Below, piece by piece: positions 9,949 through 20,262 of a DNA stretch of 64,000 bases. The DNA is from an uncultured Ruminococcus sp. GTDB lineage: Bacteria; Bacillota; Clostridia; UBA1212. Below the pieces are notes generated by a model, which made no database searches, had not been told where the DNA came from, and saw only the letters and a program-made list of their open reading frames with translations. Where the stretch lies: NCBI GenBank assembly GCA_902792515.1, contig CADAZX010000020.1, positions 224-64,223 of the forward strand, given 5' to 3'. Within the stretch, counting starts at the first letter, position 1, and every line of letters starts with the position of its first letter. A program made the translations under genes and the position numbers.

Positions 9949-10104
9949 TAAAATGTCTCCTTGGTTTACTTTTTTGATTTATTTGTGGGGCGGCGTGTGA
10001 TGATGCCGCAGAATGGATTTTATCATATTTTCGCAAAAGCCGCAATAAAATACGCAAGTATATTTAAAAAATATTAAAAAAATACGCATATTTAGTGGCC
10101 AGGG

Positions 10105-11568
10105 TCATTCGATCACGTAAGGGACGGCGCCTTCGGGAATCGGGCTGAGCGGCTCCTCGAACGCGATTCTGTTTTCGAATTCGTCGCGGGCGGCCTTAAG
10201 AATGGAGGGCGTCTCGAAAAGAGTGACCGCGGCGTCTGAAAGAACCTTCGCCGCATAGAGCGTGCCCTTGTCGCCGACAGTGGAGCCGCCGCAGGAGACG
10301 TTCTGCCAGGAATGGCCGGGCGCGTGGGCCGCGAAGGTGACTGCCGTGAATTCCGCCGTGGGAGTCTGGCGGCTGACGTCGCCGACGTCGGTGGAGCCGG
10401 GCGAGAATTCGTTCCCGCTGTAAAAGGGCATTATGAAGTCGTTGACGTACTTCGTGCCGTTACAGGAGAGGTCTGCGGCTGCGCGTTTGATTGCAATGTC
10501 GTATTTGGCGCCGTGACCGGGAATTGAGCCGTTCCGGGGGCAGGTGAGGTCCAGCGCCTCGAGGTATGCGAGTTCGCCGGCGGTGTATCCGGGCAACGGG
10601 ATCTTCAGGAGGCTTTCGTGAAGAAGCTTTTCGAGAACGGTATTCGGAAGTGTGTTCGAGGTTCCGTCGACGAAAATGCGGTTCATAGTGGTGCCGGTCA
10701 TAAGGGCCGCGCCTTCGGCGCAGGCGTCGACGCGCTTTTCGAGGGCGAGGGTGTCGCTGACCTTGCAGGCGCGGATCATGTAGAGGACGGAGGCGTGGGG
10801 CTGGACCACGTTCGGGGAGAGACCGCCGCCGTCGACCATCGCGTAGTGAACGCTGCAATCGGACCGCATATGCTCGCGGAGGTAGTTGACTCCGATGTTC
10901 ATGAGTTCGACGGCATCGAGCGCGGAGCGGCCCTGTTCGGGATTGCCGGCGGCGTGGGCGGCGACACCGCTGAACTCGTAGAGAATCTGGACGCAGGAGT
11001 TGTTGGTGCCGGTGGTGACTTCGTTGGTGCGGCCGGGGTGCCAGGTGAGGGCTGCGTCAAGCTGCTTCCAGACGCCGTCGCGGGCCATGAACGCCTTGGA
11101 GGCGCCGCCTTCCTCGCCCGGGCAGCCGAAAAAGATCACGGTGCCGTTCGTGCCGGTTTTCTCGAGGTACTTCTTGATGCCGAGGGCAGCGCCGAACGAC
11201 GCCGCGCCGAGCATGTTGTGACCGCAGCCGTGGCCCGAGCCGTTTTTGACAAGCTCTTCTTTTTCGACCGAGGAGGCCTTCTGGGAGAGTCCTGACAGAG
11301 CGTCGAATTCGCCTAAAATTCCGATGACGGGCTTGCCGGTGCCGGACGAAAATTCTCCGGAAAAGGCGGTCTCGATGCCCGAGTAGCCTTTTTTGACCGT
11401 GAAGCCTTCCTCCGCGAGCTTTTCGGTATAGAGCGCGGCGGACTTGAACTCTTTCAGCGAGAGTTCGGCGAATTCCCAGATTTTGTGCGAAATATCGAGA
11501 ATTTCGGGCGTTTTCGAGTCTATTTCGTCAAGATGATACGTCAGAGATGCGTTTTTTATAGAAGCCAT
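10105..11568 (-). CDS. M20 amidohydrolase, AbgB (p-aminobenzoyl-glutamate hydrolase subunit B)-like
   Basis: ELSLKEF, GEFDALSGLSQ, GHGCGHNMLG, GCPGEEGG, TWHP, HAAGNPEQGRSALDAVELMN, GSTDVGDVS, PGHSWQ. Confidence 0.88.
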   Translation of the reverse strand: MASIKNASLTYHLDEIDSKTPEILDISHKIWEFAELSLKEFKSAALYTEKLAEEGFTVKKGYSGIETAFSGEFSSGTGKPVIGILGEFDALSGLSQKASSVEKEELVKNGSGHGCGHNMLGAASFGAALGIKKYLEKTGTNGTVIFFGCPGEEGGASKAFMARDGVWKQLDAALTWHPGRTNEVTTGTNNSCVQILYEFSGVAAHAAGNPEQGRSALDAVELMNIGVNYLREHMRSDCSVHYAMVDGGGLSPNVVQPHASVLYMIRACKVSDTLALEKRVDACAEGAALMTGTTMNRIFVDGTSNTLPNTVLEKLLHESLLKIPLPGYTAGELAYLEALDLTCPRNGSIPGHGAKYDIAIKRAAADLSCNGTKYVNDFIMPFYSGNEFSPGSTDVGDVSRQTPTAEFTAVTFAAHAPGHSWQNVSCGGSTVGDKGTLYAAKVLSDAAVTLFETPSILKAARDEFENRIAFEEPLSPIPEGAVPYVIE

Positions 11569-11616
11569 TTTTGCCTCCGGATGCGCGTGTTTGGCGCGCT
11601 GTAACGTACGCGTACG

Positions 11617-12543
11617 TCAGAGAATCTTGCTCAGAAAGTCCTTCAGACGCGGGTTTTTCGGGTCACGGAAGATCTGCTCGGGCGTGCCTTCCTCTTTAAT
11701 GTAGCCCTCGTCGACGAAGAGGACGCGGTCGGAAACCTCGCGCGCGAAGCCCATTTCGTGCGTAACGACAACCATCGTCATGCCGCTGTCCGCGAGTTCC
11801 TTCATCAGATCCAGAACCTCGCCGATCATCTCGGGGTCGAGGGCGGAGGTGGGCTCGTCGAAGAGCATTACGTCCGGGTTCATTGCGAGCGAACGGATGA
11901 TCGCGATACGCTGCTTCTGGCCGCCGGAGAGGGTGGAGGGGTAGACGTTTGCCTTTTCCTCGAGGCCAATGCGCTTCAAAAGCGTCATGGCGCGTTCGGT
12001 GACTTCCTCCTTGACCTCCTTCATGTTCTTCGCGTGGTGGTACTTCGCAGTCTCAATCGGCGCGAGAGTGATGTTGTCGAGGACGCTCTTGTTGTTGAAG
12101 AGGTTGAACTGCTGGAAGACCATGCTCATTTTGCGGCGGCCTTCGTTCACGTCGATGTGGTTCTTTTCGTAAAGCTCCTTCATGAGTTTTTTGTAGGCGG
12201 CGCCTTCGCGGGAATGCTTTTCCTTGAGAAGGTCCTCCTCCTTGATCTTGTGGACGGCGTCGTCGGTGCTCATTCCGGAAGCGGTCAGCTTCGCGAACGT
12301 ATTGGACGCTTCGATGACTTCGCGGTGGAGGTAGGGGTCGACCGGGGTCATAAGCTTGCCCTCGATCCAGACCTCGCCGAACGTGGGCTGTTCAAGAAGG
12401 TTCATGCAGCGGAGAAGGGTCGATTTTCCGGAGCCGGATACACCGATTATCGAGATGACCTCGCCCTTGTCGACGTGAGTCGTCACGCCGCGCAGAACTT
12501 TGAGAGAACCGAAATTTTTGTAGATGTTGTTAACTTCAAGCAC
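11617..12543 (-). CDS. Polar amino-acid ABC transporter ATP-binding subunit (GlnQ-like) with internal insertion
   Basis: [51 protein letters not shown] start. Confidence 0.92.
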   Translation of the reverse strand: MLEVNNIYKNFGSLKVLRGVTTHVDKGEVISIIGVSGSGKSTLLRCMNLLEQPTFGEVWIEGKLMTPVDPYLHREVIEASNTFAKLTASGMSTDDAVHKIKEEDLLKEKHSREGAAYKKLMKELYEKNHIDVNEGRRKMSMVFQQFNLFNNKSVLDNITLAPIETAKYHHAKNMKEVKEEVTERAMTLLKRIGLEEKANVYPSTLSGGQKQRIAIIRSLAMNPDVMLFDEPTSALDPEMIGEVLDLMKELADSGMTMVVVTHEMGFAREVSDRVLFVDEGYIKEEGTPEQIFRDPKNPRLKDFLSKIL

Positions 12544-13225
12544 GTTTCTTCATCCTCCTTTCGAAAACGCCGAGCAGCTTCGAGAGGCTGAACGTGAGCA
12601 AAAAATAGAAGATAGCCATGTCGAAAAGGACCGGAACAGTCTGGAAGGTGAAGCCGTTGATGACCTTGTAGGTCGTCATCAGGTCGCCGACAAAAAACGT
12701 GGAGGCGAGAGAGGTCTCTTTTATCACCGTGATGAATTCGTTTCCGAGGGCGGGCAGAATGTTTTTGACGGCCTGCGGCAGGATTATTTTCAGCATTGTG
12801 GTCTTCCCGGTCAGACCCAGCGCGCGTGCGGCCTCGGTCTGGCCCTTGTCGACGGCCTCGATTCCGGAGCGGATGATTTCCGAGACGTACGCAGCCGAGT
12901 TCAGCGACATCGCTATCGCGACGCTGGTGAAGGGCGAGAGACCGGGCATTTTCAGAAGCATCGGAATGATGAAATACGCGACGTAGAGCTGGAGAAGCAT
13001 CGGGGTGCCGCGCAGAACCTCGACGAACGCGGTAATAACGAAAACGAGCGGCTTAAAGCGCGTGCGCTTGCCGAGCGCCATAAGCGAGCCGAGTACCGTG
13101 CCGGCGAGAACCGTGATCGCGGAGAGCAGCAGCGTGTAGCCGATGCCGCTCCACAGGAGACCTGCTCCGATGTAGTATTTTATGAATATGTCCCACATGT
13201 TCTGCAGGATTTCCGTTAAGGTCAT
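12536..13225 (-). CDS. Polar amino-acid ABC transporter permease
   Basis: [34 protein letters not shown] (EAA loop), KETSL. Confidence 0.93.
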   Translation of the reverse strand: MTLTEILQNMWDIFIKYYIGAGLLWSGIGYTLLLSAITVLAGTVLGSLMALGKRTRFKPLVFVITAFVEVLRGTPMLLQLYVAYFIIPMLLKMPGLSPFTSVAIAMSLNSAAYVSEIIRSGIEAVDKGQTEAARALGLTGKTTMLKIILPQAVKNILPALGNEFITVIKETSLASTFFVGDLMTTYKVINGFTFQTVPVLFDMAIFYFLLTFSLSKLLGVFERRMKKRA

Positions 13226-13295
13226 AACAGTGGCCCTCCGTTAAAAAATGAGGCCGCACGGGCTTCACTTTTTACCTAAAAACAGGTAAATATGC

Positions 13296-13438
13296 GCGCG
13301 GGACTTCCGCAAATTCCGGACGCCGTTTCCGCTGGTTTCAACGAGCGCTCAACGAGCTTTCGCTGTTTTAACGAAGTGAACGGTGTCCGGCCCGGAAGTC
13401 CCGCGCCGCCGGCTTGACCCTGGCGGTCAAGCCGGCGG
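13296..13438. other. Intercistronic double stem-loop between binding-protein and permease genes
   Basis: gcgcgggacttccg (13296-13309) pairs with cggaagtcccgcgc (13393-13406); ccggacgccgtt pairs with aacggtgtccgg; second hairpin ccgccggcttgacc/ggtcaagccggcgg. Confidence 0.65.
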
Positions 13439-13462
13439 AATCAGAAATTAGAGAACGAACGC

Positions 13463-14374
13463 TTACTCCGTGATCTTGTTGCCTTCCTCGTCGTAGCCGA
13501 GCTCGTCGATCGTTTTGATCTCTGCCAGGAGCTGGCAGGCTTCGTACCAGGAGTCGTAGACGCCGGCGGCCTTTGCCTTCGCGAGGACCGCGTTGACCTT
13601 CGCGCCTAGTTCGGTCGAGTTCTTGTTGAGCAGGATGACGTTGTTCTTGTAGAGCTCGTCAACCACAAACTCAAAGCCGGTGAAAACGATCTTGTCGCCG
13701 TTCGCGGAGATGAACGATTCGCCGTTTCCGTAGGCGACCGCGAGTGCGTCGATCTTGCCGGTGAGGAGGGCGGTGCACGCGTCGTTCAGGTTCTCGTAGA
13801 GCTCGATCTGCGCGCCCTTAAGCTGTTCCTCGCAGAGGATCTTCTGGAGGGAGGCGCCCTGAGCTCCGACCTTCACGCCGTTGTAGTCGGCGGCTGTTTT
13901 GAACTTGTCCTTGTTCGCGGCAAGGGTGATCGTGACCTGCTGGGTCTCGTTTTTGCCTGCCTCGTACCAGTCGGTGATGAAGTAGTTCTCGGCGCGCTGT
14001 GCAGTCCAGCTGAAGCCGGAGAGACCGAGGTCAACGGTGCCTGTCTGAACCGCCGCCTGAACCGCGTCGAAGGACATCGGCTTAATGACGAGTTTCATGT
14101 TGAGCTCCTTGGCGATGTACTTCGAGAGAATGATGTCAAAACCGACGTACTGGTCGGTCCCGCTTCTCGAGAGGTCAACGAATTCCATAGGGGCGAAGTC
14201 GGGCGATGTAGCCACGGTGAGTTCGGGAAGCCCGGAGTCGTCGTATTCAAGACCCTTGAGGATCTTGTTGTAGGCGGCCGCTTTAGAAGCGTCAGAGTCG
14301 TTTTTGCAGGCTGCCATCGCGAGAATGCATGCAAGGCTTAATACCAGTGCGAGTAAAGTTTTAAAGGTTTTCAT
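13463..14374 (-). CDS. Amino-acid ABC transporter substrate-binding lipoprotein (family 3), possibly for arginine
   Basis: Lipobox MAAC; VATSPDFAPMEF, GFDI, GLSGFSWTAQR, GAQGASLQ. Arginine specificity is inferred only from argR proximity. Confidence 0.88.
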   Translation of the reverse strand: MKTFKTLLALVLSLACILAMAACKNDSDASKAAAYNKILKGLEYDDSGLPELTVATSPDFAPMEFVDLSRSGTDQYVGFDIILSKYIAKELNMKLVIKPMSFDAVQAAVQTGTVDLGLSGFSWTAQRAENYFITDWYEAGKNETQQVTITLAANKDKFKTAADYNGVKVGAQGASLQKILCEEQLKGAQIELYENLNDACTALLTGKIDALAVAYGNGESFISANGDKIVFTGFEFVVDELYKNNVILLNKNSTELGAKVNAVLAKAKAAGVYDSWYEACQLLAEIKTIDELGYDEEGNKITE

Positions 14375-14443
14375 GGTTTTCTCCTCTCCTTGTACGCCGT
14401 CCGGAACACGTCCGCGGCGCTCTTCAAAGGTGTTACAGGCGAT

Positions 14444-14471
14444 ATTATATTCATAATAATTCCGCTGTCAA
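14444..14471 (-). promoter_or_regulatory. sigmaA promoter of the ABC transporter operon
   Basis: Minus strand TTGACA (14471-14466), 16 bp, TATAAT (14449-14444). Confidence 0.65.
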
Positions 14472-14556
14472 GCGGTTTTTTGAATAAATTTGAGAAATTG
14501 TCGAAAATAATGCGAAATAATGCATAATTCGGGGCGTATGAATTAATTTATGCAAA
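14445..14556. promoter_or_regulatory. Putative ARG-box-like ArgR operator half-sites
   Basis: Cluster of TGAAT/TGCAT/ATTCA/ATGCA words (tatattcata, tgaataaat, tgcgaaataatgca, tgaattaatttatgca) around the transporter promoter; spacing is not fully canonical. Confidence 0.35.
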
Positions 14557-14705
14557 AACAGGGGAAAACGGACTGACGGAGAGGTTCAAGAGGGGCGCGG
14601 GAAGGAATGATAAGACAGAGAACGGAGGCATTTAAGCGACGGCGTGAGTGTGACGGCGTGAGACGGCGTGAGCTACTGTGAAGCTACTGTGAACATTTTT
14701 TTATA

Positions 14706-14734
14706 TTGACTTGACGTGAACACTTTTGTATACT
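14706..14734 (+). promoter_or_regulatory. sigmaA promoter of the aro operon
   Basis: TTGACT, 17 bp, TATACT. Confidence 0.65.
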
Positions 14735-14852
14735 TTAAAGTTAAATATTTTCGCGCACGCAAAAAAAGAAACGCGCACGGAAATTAAACAACAGTGAAAA
14801 TGGGACCGCCACGGAAAAAAGTGAAGAAAAGGCGGACCTTCGGAGGTAAAAA

Positions 14853-15854
14853 ATGATAGTTGCGCTTAAACCAAACGTTTCACCGGAAAAACAGGAGAGA
14901 CTCGTAGAGTGGTTCAAGGAGATGGGCCTCGGCGTTCACGTATCGACCGGCACGTATCAAACGGTTCTGGGACTTATCGGCGACACGACAAAGGTGGACA
15001 TGGACCTTGTCGGAAGCCTTGACATTGTTGAAAAAGTCAGCCGCGTCACGGAGACGTTCAAGTGCTGCAACCGGAAATTCCACCCGGACGACACGGTTAT
15101 CGACGTGAACGGCGTCAAAATAGGCGGCGGGAACTTCTGCATCATCGCGGGCCCGTGCTCGGTCGAGTCGGAAGAGCAGATTGTCGGAATCGCGAAGGCG
15201 GTCAAAGAGGCCGGCGCGGGAATGCTTCGCGGAGGAGCGTTCAAGCCGCGTACTTCTCCATACGATTTCCAGGGACTCAGGGCTGTGGGGCTCGAGCTTC
15301 TCAAGACTGCGCGCCGCGAGACGGGACTTCCGATCGTGACCGAGATTATGAGCGCGACGGATCTGCCGCTTTTCGAGGACGTTGACGTACTGCAGGTCGG
15401 CGCGAGAAATATGCAGAATTTCGACCTTCTGCGCGAACTCGGCCGCACCGACAAGCCGATTCTTTTAAAGAGGGGCCTCGCGAATACGCTGAAGGAGCTC
15501 CTTATGAGCGCGGAGTACATTATGGCCAGCGGAAACGAGAAGGTCATTCTGTGCGAGCGCGGAATCAGAACGTTCAGCGACTATCTGAGAAACACGCTCG
15601 ACCTTTCTGCCGTTCCGATGCTGCACGAACTCTCGCATCTGCCTGTTGTAGTCGACCCGAGCCACGCTACGGGGATCGCGAAGCTCGTTCCTCCGATGGC
15701 GCTCGCGGGAACCGCATGCGGCTGCGACGGACTCCTCATTGAAGTCCACAACGACCCGGTTCACGCTCTCAGCGACGGCGCACAGTCGATCAAACCCGAC
15801 GAATTCGCGGTGCTCGCGAAAAAAATCAAAGCTGTCAGAGAGGCGTCGTTATGA
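14853..15854 (+). CDS. aroF: DAHP synthase, type I-beta with N-terminal regulatory domain
   Basis: IAGPCSVES, RGGAFKPRTSPY, QVGARNMQNF, LKRG, CERGIRTF, VDPSH, IEVH, SDG. Confidence 0.95.
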   Translation: MIVALKPNVSPEKQERLVEWFKEMGLGVHVSTGTYQTVLGLIGDTTKVDMDLVGSLDIVEKVSRVTETFKCCNRKFHPDDTVIDVNGVKIGGGNFCIIAGPCSVESEEQIVGIAKAVKEAGAGMLRGGAFKPRTSPYDFQGLRAVGLELLKTARRETGLPIVTEIMSATDLPLFEDVDVLQVGARNMQNFDLLRELGRTDKPILLKRGLANTLKELLMSAEYIMASGNEKVILCERGIRTFSDYLRNTLDLSAVPMLHELSHLPVVVDPSHATGIAKLVPPMALAGTACGCDGLLIEVHNDPVHALSDGAQSIKPDEFAVLAKKIKAVREASL

Positions 15855-16681
15855 AGGTCGGAATCGTAGGGCTCGGACTCATAGGAGGTTCGTTCGCGAA
15901 GGCGTACTCCGCGGACGGACACGAGGTTTACGCATACAACAGAAGCCGCCAGACGCTCGATTTCGCGATAATGAGCGGCGCCGTGAAGGACGTTCTGACC
16001 GACGGCGTGATTCCGGAGTGCGACATAATCATTCTGTGCACGTACCCTCAGGCGGCGATAGATTTTCTGGCGCAAAAAGGCCCTATAATTGGGGGAAAAC
16101 CGGTGGTAATCGACTCGTGCGGCACCAAGCGCCGCGTAGTCGCGGAGTGCTCGAAGATTGCGGAAAAGTACGGCTTTTTGTTCGTGGGCGGACACCCGAT
16201 GGCGGGAACGCAGTACTCCGGTTTCAGGTATTCCAAGGAAAATATGTTCAAGGGCGCGCCGATGGTAATCGTGCCGCCTGTTTTCGACGACATCGAGCTG
16301 CTGGACAGAATCAAAAAGCTGCTTAAACCGTGCGGCTTCGGAAGAATTTCCGTGACCACGGCGGAAAAGCACGACGAGATGATCGCGTTTACGTCTCAGC
16401 TGGCGCACGTCGTGTCGAACGCGTATATAAAAAGTCCGACGGCGTCGAAGCACAAGGGCTTTTCGGCCGGCAGCTACAAGGATATGACGCGCGTGGCGTG
16501 GCTGAATCCCGAAATGTGGGCGGAGCTCTTTCTTGACGACAGGGACAATCTGATAAAAGAAATTGACATACTCACGGCGAGCCTCAAAGAGTACCGCGAG
16601 GCGCTGGCTGAAGGCGACCGCGAAAGGCTCACGAAGCTGCTCGCCGACGGGAAGGCACGCAAGGAGGAGGTGGACGGCTGA
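15851..16681 (+). CDS. tyrA: Prephenate dehydrogenase
   Basis: VGLGLIGGS, GGHPMAG, HDEMIAFTSQLAH, GSYKDMTRVA, NPEMW. Confidence 0.93.
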   Translation: MKVGIVGLGLIGGSFAKAYSADGHEVYAYNRSRQTLDFAIMSGAVKDVLTDGVIPECDIIILCTYPQAAIDFLAQKGPIIGGKPVVIDSCGTKRRVVAECSKIAEKYGFLFVGGHPMAGTQYSGFRYSKENMFKGAPMVIVPPVFDDIELLDRIKKLLKPCGFGRISVTTAEKHDEMIAFTSQLAHVVSNAYIKSPTASKHKGFSAGSYKDMTRVAWLNPEMWAELFLDDRDNLIKEIDILTASLKEYREALAEGDRERLTKLLADGKARKEEVDG

Positions 16682-17778
16682 TGAAAATCATCTCCGTCAA
16701 AGCTTCAACCGAATACAACGTATATATAGGGAGCGGGCTGATCGCAAAGACAGGCGCTATGCTCGCAAAGACCGTTTCACCGTCGTGCACGGCCTTTGTA
16801 ATCTCTGACGAAAACGTTTTCCGGCTCTACGGAGAGCGCGTTCTGGAGAGTCTCGAGGAGGCGGGGTTCAGGACGGGAACGTTCGTTTTCGAGCCGGGGG
16901 AGCAGTCGAAAAACATCTCCACGTACGGCATGATCGTCGAAAAGATGGCGCGCGAAAAGCTGACCAGGAGCGACGTGGTAGTCGCGCTGGGCGGCGGCGT
17001 CACGGGTGATATCTCGGGCTTCGCGTCGTCGACGTTCCTGCGCGGAATCAAGTACGTTCAGGTGCCGACCACGCTTCTCGCGGCGGTCGACTCATCGGTG
17101 GGCGGAAAGACCGCAATTGACCTGAAAGCAGGGAAAAATCTGCTTGGCGCGTTCTGGCAGCCGTGCGCTGTTTTCTGCGACACGGACACGTTTTCGACGC
17201 TTCCGGAGGCGGAGTACCTAAGCGGCTGCGCGGAAATAATCAAGTACGGAATGCTCGGAAGCAGGGAGCTTTTCGAGTCGGTCGCGGCGATGCCGGTGTC
17301 GCTCCAGTATGACGCGGTAGTCGCGAAATGCGTCGATATGAAGCGGGAAATCGTGGAAAACGACGAATTTGACAGGGGCGGCAGGATGGTTCTGAACCTC
17401 GGTCACACCGTAGGACACGCCATCGAAAACAGAAGCGGCTACAGGGTTCCGCACGGTATGGCCGTCGCGGCGGGAATGTGCGTCATAACGCGGGCGGCGG
17501 AGAATCTGTCGTTTGCGGAAAAGGGCACAACTGAGCGGCTTTTGAAAGTGATCCGCGGGTACGGGCTTCCCGACGGAATTTCCGCGCTCGCATGCTACAC
17601 GGGCGGCGATCTGTCCGTTTTTTCGGCGGAATCGCTTTCCGAATCAGCCATGAACGACAAAAAGGCGAGCGGCTCCGGGCTGACTCTCGTCGTTCCGGAA
17701 CGCGCGGGAGAGTGCGCGCTTCGCACAATCAAAAAAGAAGAATTCATCGACTGGTTGAGAGCGGGAGGCGTAAAGTGA
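16681..17778 (+). CDS. aroB: 3-dehydroquinate synthase
   Basis: GEQSK, ALGGGVTGD, QVPTTLLAAVDSSVGGKT, KNLLGAF, LNLGHTVGHAIE, HGMAVA, DKK. Confidence 0.96.
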   Translation: MKIISVKASTEYNVYIGSGLIAKTGAMLAKTVSPSCTAFVISDENVFRLYGERVLESLEEAGFRTGTFVFEPGEQSKNISTYGMIVEKMAREKLTRSDVVVALGGGVTGDISGFASSTFLRGIKYVQVPTTLLAAVDSSVGGKTAIDLKAGKNLLGAFWQPCAVFCDTDTFSTLPEAEYLSGCAEIIKYGMLGSRELFESVAAMPVSLQYDAVVAKCVDMKREIVENDEFDRGGRMVLNLGHTVGHAIENRSGYRVPHGMAVAAGMCVITRAAENLSFAEKGTTERLLKVIRGYGLPDGISALACYTGGDLSVFSAESLSESAMNDKKASGSGLTLVVPERAGECALRTIKKEEFIDWLRAGGVK

Positions 17779-19121
17779 ACGCGGTAGTTGCGCCCGGAGA
17801 GCGCACCGGAAAAGTCACACCGCCTGCTTCAAAGTCGCACGCGCACAGGCTTTTCATCGCGGCGTCGTTTTCGGACGGACCGAAGACGGTCGTGTGCCGC
17901 GAGGTCTCGAAGGACATCGAGGCGACAATCAACTGTCTCAGGGCGCTCGGAGCGGAGATCGAAGACAACGGCGACGGATCTTTTTCCGTGAGACCTGCCG
18001 GCAGTGCTTCGAGTCATGAATGCGGCGCTTCGCTTGCTTCAGAGGGCGGCTCGCTTTCCGGAAGACCGTGCGTCGCTGACCTTTTCTGCGGCGAGAGCGG
18101 CTCGACGCAGCGGTTTATGCTCCCGCTCGCGGGAATAACGGGCAGGCCGTGCGCGTTTTACATGGAGGGAAGGCTTCCCGAGAGGCCGCTCGACGTTTTC
18201 GCAGGCGAGCTGAGGGCGCACGGAATGCACATCGCGCGCGAAAAGAACATTCTTCTGGTGAGCGGAAGGCTTACCGCGGGCGACTTTAGCCTCCCCGGGA
18301 ACGTCTCTTCGCAGTTCATTTCAGGTCTGCTTCTCGCGCTTCCGCTTGTTAATGAAAAAGGGGCGGTGAGCCGCGTTTTCGTGCGCGGGAAGATAGAATC
18401 GGGGAGCTACATCGATATTACAGAGAGCGTCCTCAAGCTGGGAAAGATCCGGTTCGAGAGGACGGACGGAGACGGTCTGAGGGTCTACGAGATTCCGGCC
18501 GGTCAGACGTACCGCATTCCCGCGACTGCCGAGGTCGAGAAGGACTGGTCGGGCGCGGCGTACTTTCTGGCGGCGGGCGCGTTTTCGAAAAAAGGCGTCA
18601 CGGTCTGCGGACTGAGAGGCAACTCACCGCAGGGAGACAGAAAAATAGTAGATACTTTAAGGTCGTTCGGGGCGTCCGTGACTGAGAAAAAGCGGCGCGG
18701 AGGAACGTCTGATTTTACCGTAAAGAAGGGAAAATTAAGCGGCGCGGTGATAGACGCGTCGGACATTCCCGACCTTGTGCCGCTGATTTGCGCGGTTGCC
18801 GCGGGCGCGAGCGGAGACACCGTGATTTTGAACGCAGGAAGGCTCAGGCTGAAGGAGTCCGACCGCATTAAAACTACCGCGGCGATGATAAACTCGCTCG
18901 GGGGTTTTGCGGAGGAGACGGACGACGGCCTCGTGATACACGGAACCGGAAGCCTCCGGGGGGGACAGTTCCCGACGGCGGACGACCACAGGATTGCGAT
19001 GGCGGGGGCGCTTGCGGCGTCAATCTCGAAGGAGAGCGTCTACGCGGAAAACGCTTCGTGCGCCGCCAAATCATATCCCGGTTTCTGGGACGACTTATTT
19101 TCACTTAAAACCGGAGGCTGA
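17775..19121 (+). CDS. aroA: EPSP synthase
   Basis: GTG start at 17775 overlapping the aroB stop after GGAGG; PASKSHAHR, CGESGSTQRF, SSQFISGLL, DWS, IPDL, RLKESDR, DDHRIAM, KSYP. Confidence 0.95.
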   Translation: MNAVVAPGERTGKVTPPASKSHAHRLFIAASFSDGPKTVVCREVSKDIEATINCLRALGAEIEDNGDGSFSVRPAGSASSHECGASLASEGGSLSGRPCVADLFCGESGSTQRFMLPLAGITGRPCAFYMEGRLPERPLDVFAGELRAHGMHIAREKNILLVSGRLTAGDFSLPGNVSSQFISGLLLALPLVNEKGAVSRVFVRGKIESGSYIDITESVLKLGKIRFERTDGDGLRVYEIPAGQTYRIPATAEVEKDWSGAAYFLAAGAFSKKGVTVCGLRGNSPQGDRKIVDTLRSFGASVTEKKRRGGTSDFTVKKGKLSGAVIDASDIPDLVPLICAVAAGASGDTVILNAGRLRLKESDRIKTTAAMINSLGGFAEETDDGLVIHGTGSLRGGQFPTADDHRIAMAGALAASISKESVYAENASCAAKSYPGFWDDLFSLKTGG

Positions 19122-19124
19122 CCT

Positions 19125-20210
19125 ATGGGCGGAACGTACGGCGAAAACTTAATAATCTCGATTTTCGGAAGCTCGCACGGGGAGTGCGTCGGCGTGACGG
19201 CAGAAGGGTTCCCGAAGGGCGAAAAAATCGACACGGAGAGGCTGCAGAGGTTTCTCGAGAGGCGCGCGCCAGGAAGAAATCAGTGGTCGACCGCGAGAAA
19301 AGAGCCTGACGTTCCCGAATTTCAGAGCGGCCTCGAAAACGGCTTCCTGACAGGCGAAAAGCTGACCGCGGTCATCAAAAACACGAACCGGAGGTCAGGC
19401 GACTACGATAACGTTCTGTACGTCCCGAGACCGGGACACGCAGATTACACGTCGTTCGTGAAATACGGAGACGGCGCGGACAGGAGCGGAGGCGGAGCTT
19501 TTTCCGGAAGGATGACGGCGCCTTTGTGCGTTGCCGGCGGGATCGCGCTCCAGCTGCTCGAAAAAGAGGGCGTGGAGGTGTGCGCGAGAGTCCTTTCTAT
19601 AGGGAACGTTCGCGACCGCGGGGGCGTTGAAAAGCTCACCGCGGCAGTTAAAGAGAAGGAATTCCCGACCGTCTCGGACGCGCAGGGCTCGAAAATGAAG
19701 GCGCTGATCGCGGAAAAGAAGGCGGAGGGCGACTCCGTGGGAGGCGTTGTGGAGTGCGTCGTAAGAGGACTCCCGGCCGGTCTCGGCGGACCGCTTTTCG
19801 AGGGAATGGAAGGAAAGATCGCGGAGATAGTCTTCGCGGTGCCGGCAGTCAAGGGCGTCGAATTCGGCGCGGGCTTTTCGGCGGCAAGACTTACCGGGAG
19901 CGTAAACAACGACGCTTTTTGCCTGAAAGAAGGCAAAATCGAGACAATAACAAACAACGCCGGAGGCATTTTGGGCGGGATAACCGACGGCATGCCGCTC
20001 GTGTTCAGGGCGGCCTTCAAGCCGACTCCTTCGATAGCGCTTCCTCAGCGGAGCGTCGACCTCAGGACGATGACCGAGACCGAAATCACGGTCAGGGGCA
20101 GGCACGACCCGTGCATAGTTCCGAGGGCTGTTCCGGTTATCGAGGCGGCCGCGGCTGTCGCGGTTTACGATGCGCTGCTGGCCTTCAAAGATGCCGGCGG
20201 CAAACAGTAA
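19125..20210 (+). CDS. aroC: Chorismate synthase
   Basis: FGSSHG (GESHG variant), RPGHAD, GGGAFSGRMTA, DSVGG, NNAGGILGG, FKPTPSI, GRHDPC. Confidence 0.96.
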   Translation: MGGTYGENLIISIFGSSHGECVGVTAEGFPKGEKIDTERLQRFLERRAPGRNQWSTARKEPDVPEFQSGLENGFLTGEKLTAVIKNTNRRSGDYDNVLYVPRPGHADYTSFVKYGDGADRSGGGAFSGRMTAPLCVAGGIALQLLEKEGVEVCARVLSIGNVRDRGGVEKLTAAVKEKEFPTVSDAQGSKMKALIAEKKAEGDSVGGVVECVVRGLPAGLGGPLFEGMEGKIAEIVFAVPAVKGVEFGAGFSAARLTGSVNNDAFCLKEGKIETITNNAGGILGGITDGMPLVFRAAFKPTPSIALPQRSVDLRTMTETEITVRGRHDPCIVPRAVPVIEAAAAVAVYDALLAFKDAGGKQ

Positions 20211-20262
20211 CAGGCAAACTGTAATCGACAAACTATAATCCATTTTTAACAAGAGGGACACC

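Noticed and set aside
14637-14694. Short repeats upstream of aroF as a mini-CRISPR or operator array
   Set aside because: Adjacent ~11-bp tandem duplications without spacers; they fit the window-wide duplication pattern.
14735-14852. T-box leader for the aro operon (also sought before trpB2 and the ABC operon)
   Set aside because: No GGTGGxACCGCG T-box sequence or terminator/antiterminator pair, and the leader is too short.
17592-17774. Upstream extension of aroA in the ORF track (likewise for rpsF, hpt, ispE, SDR, the solute-binding protein and the XRE regulator)
   Set aside because: Downstream starts match family N-termini and mostly have clear SD sequences; the extensions overlap neighbouring genes or promoters.
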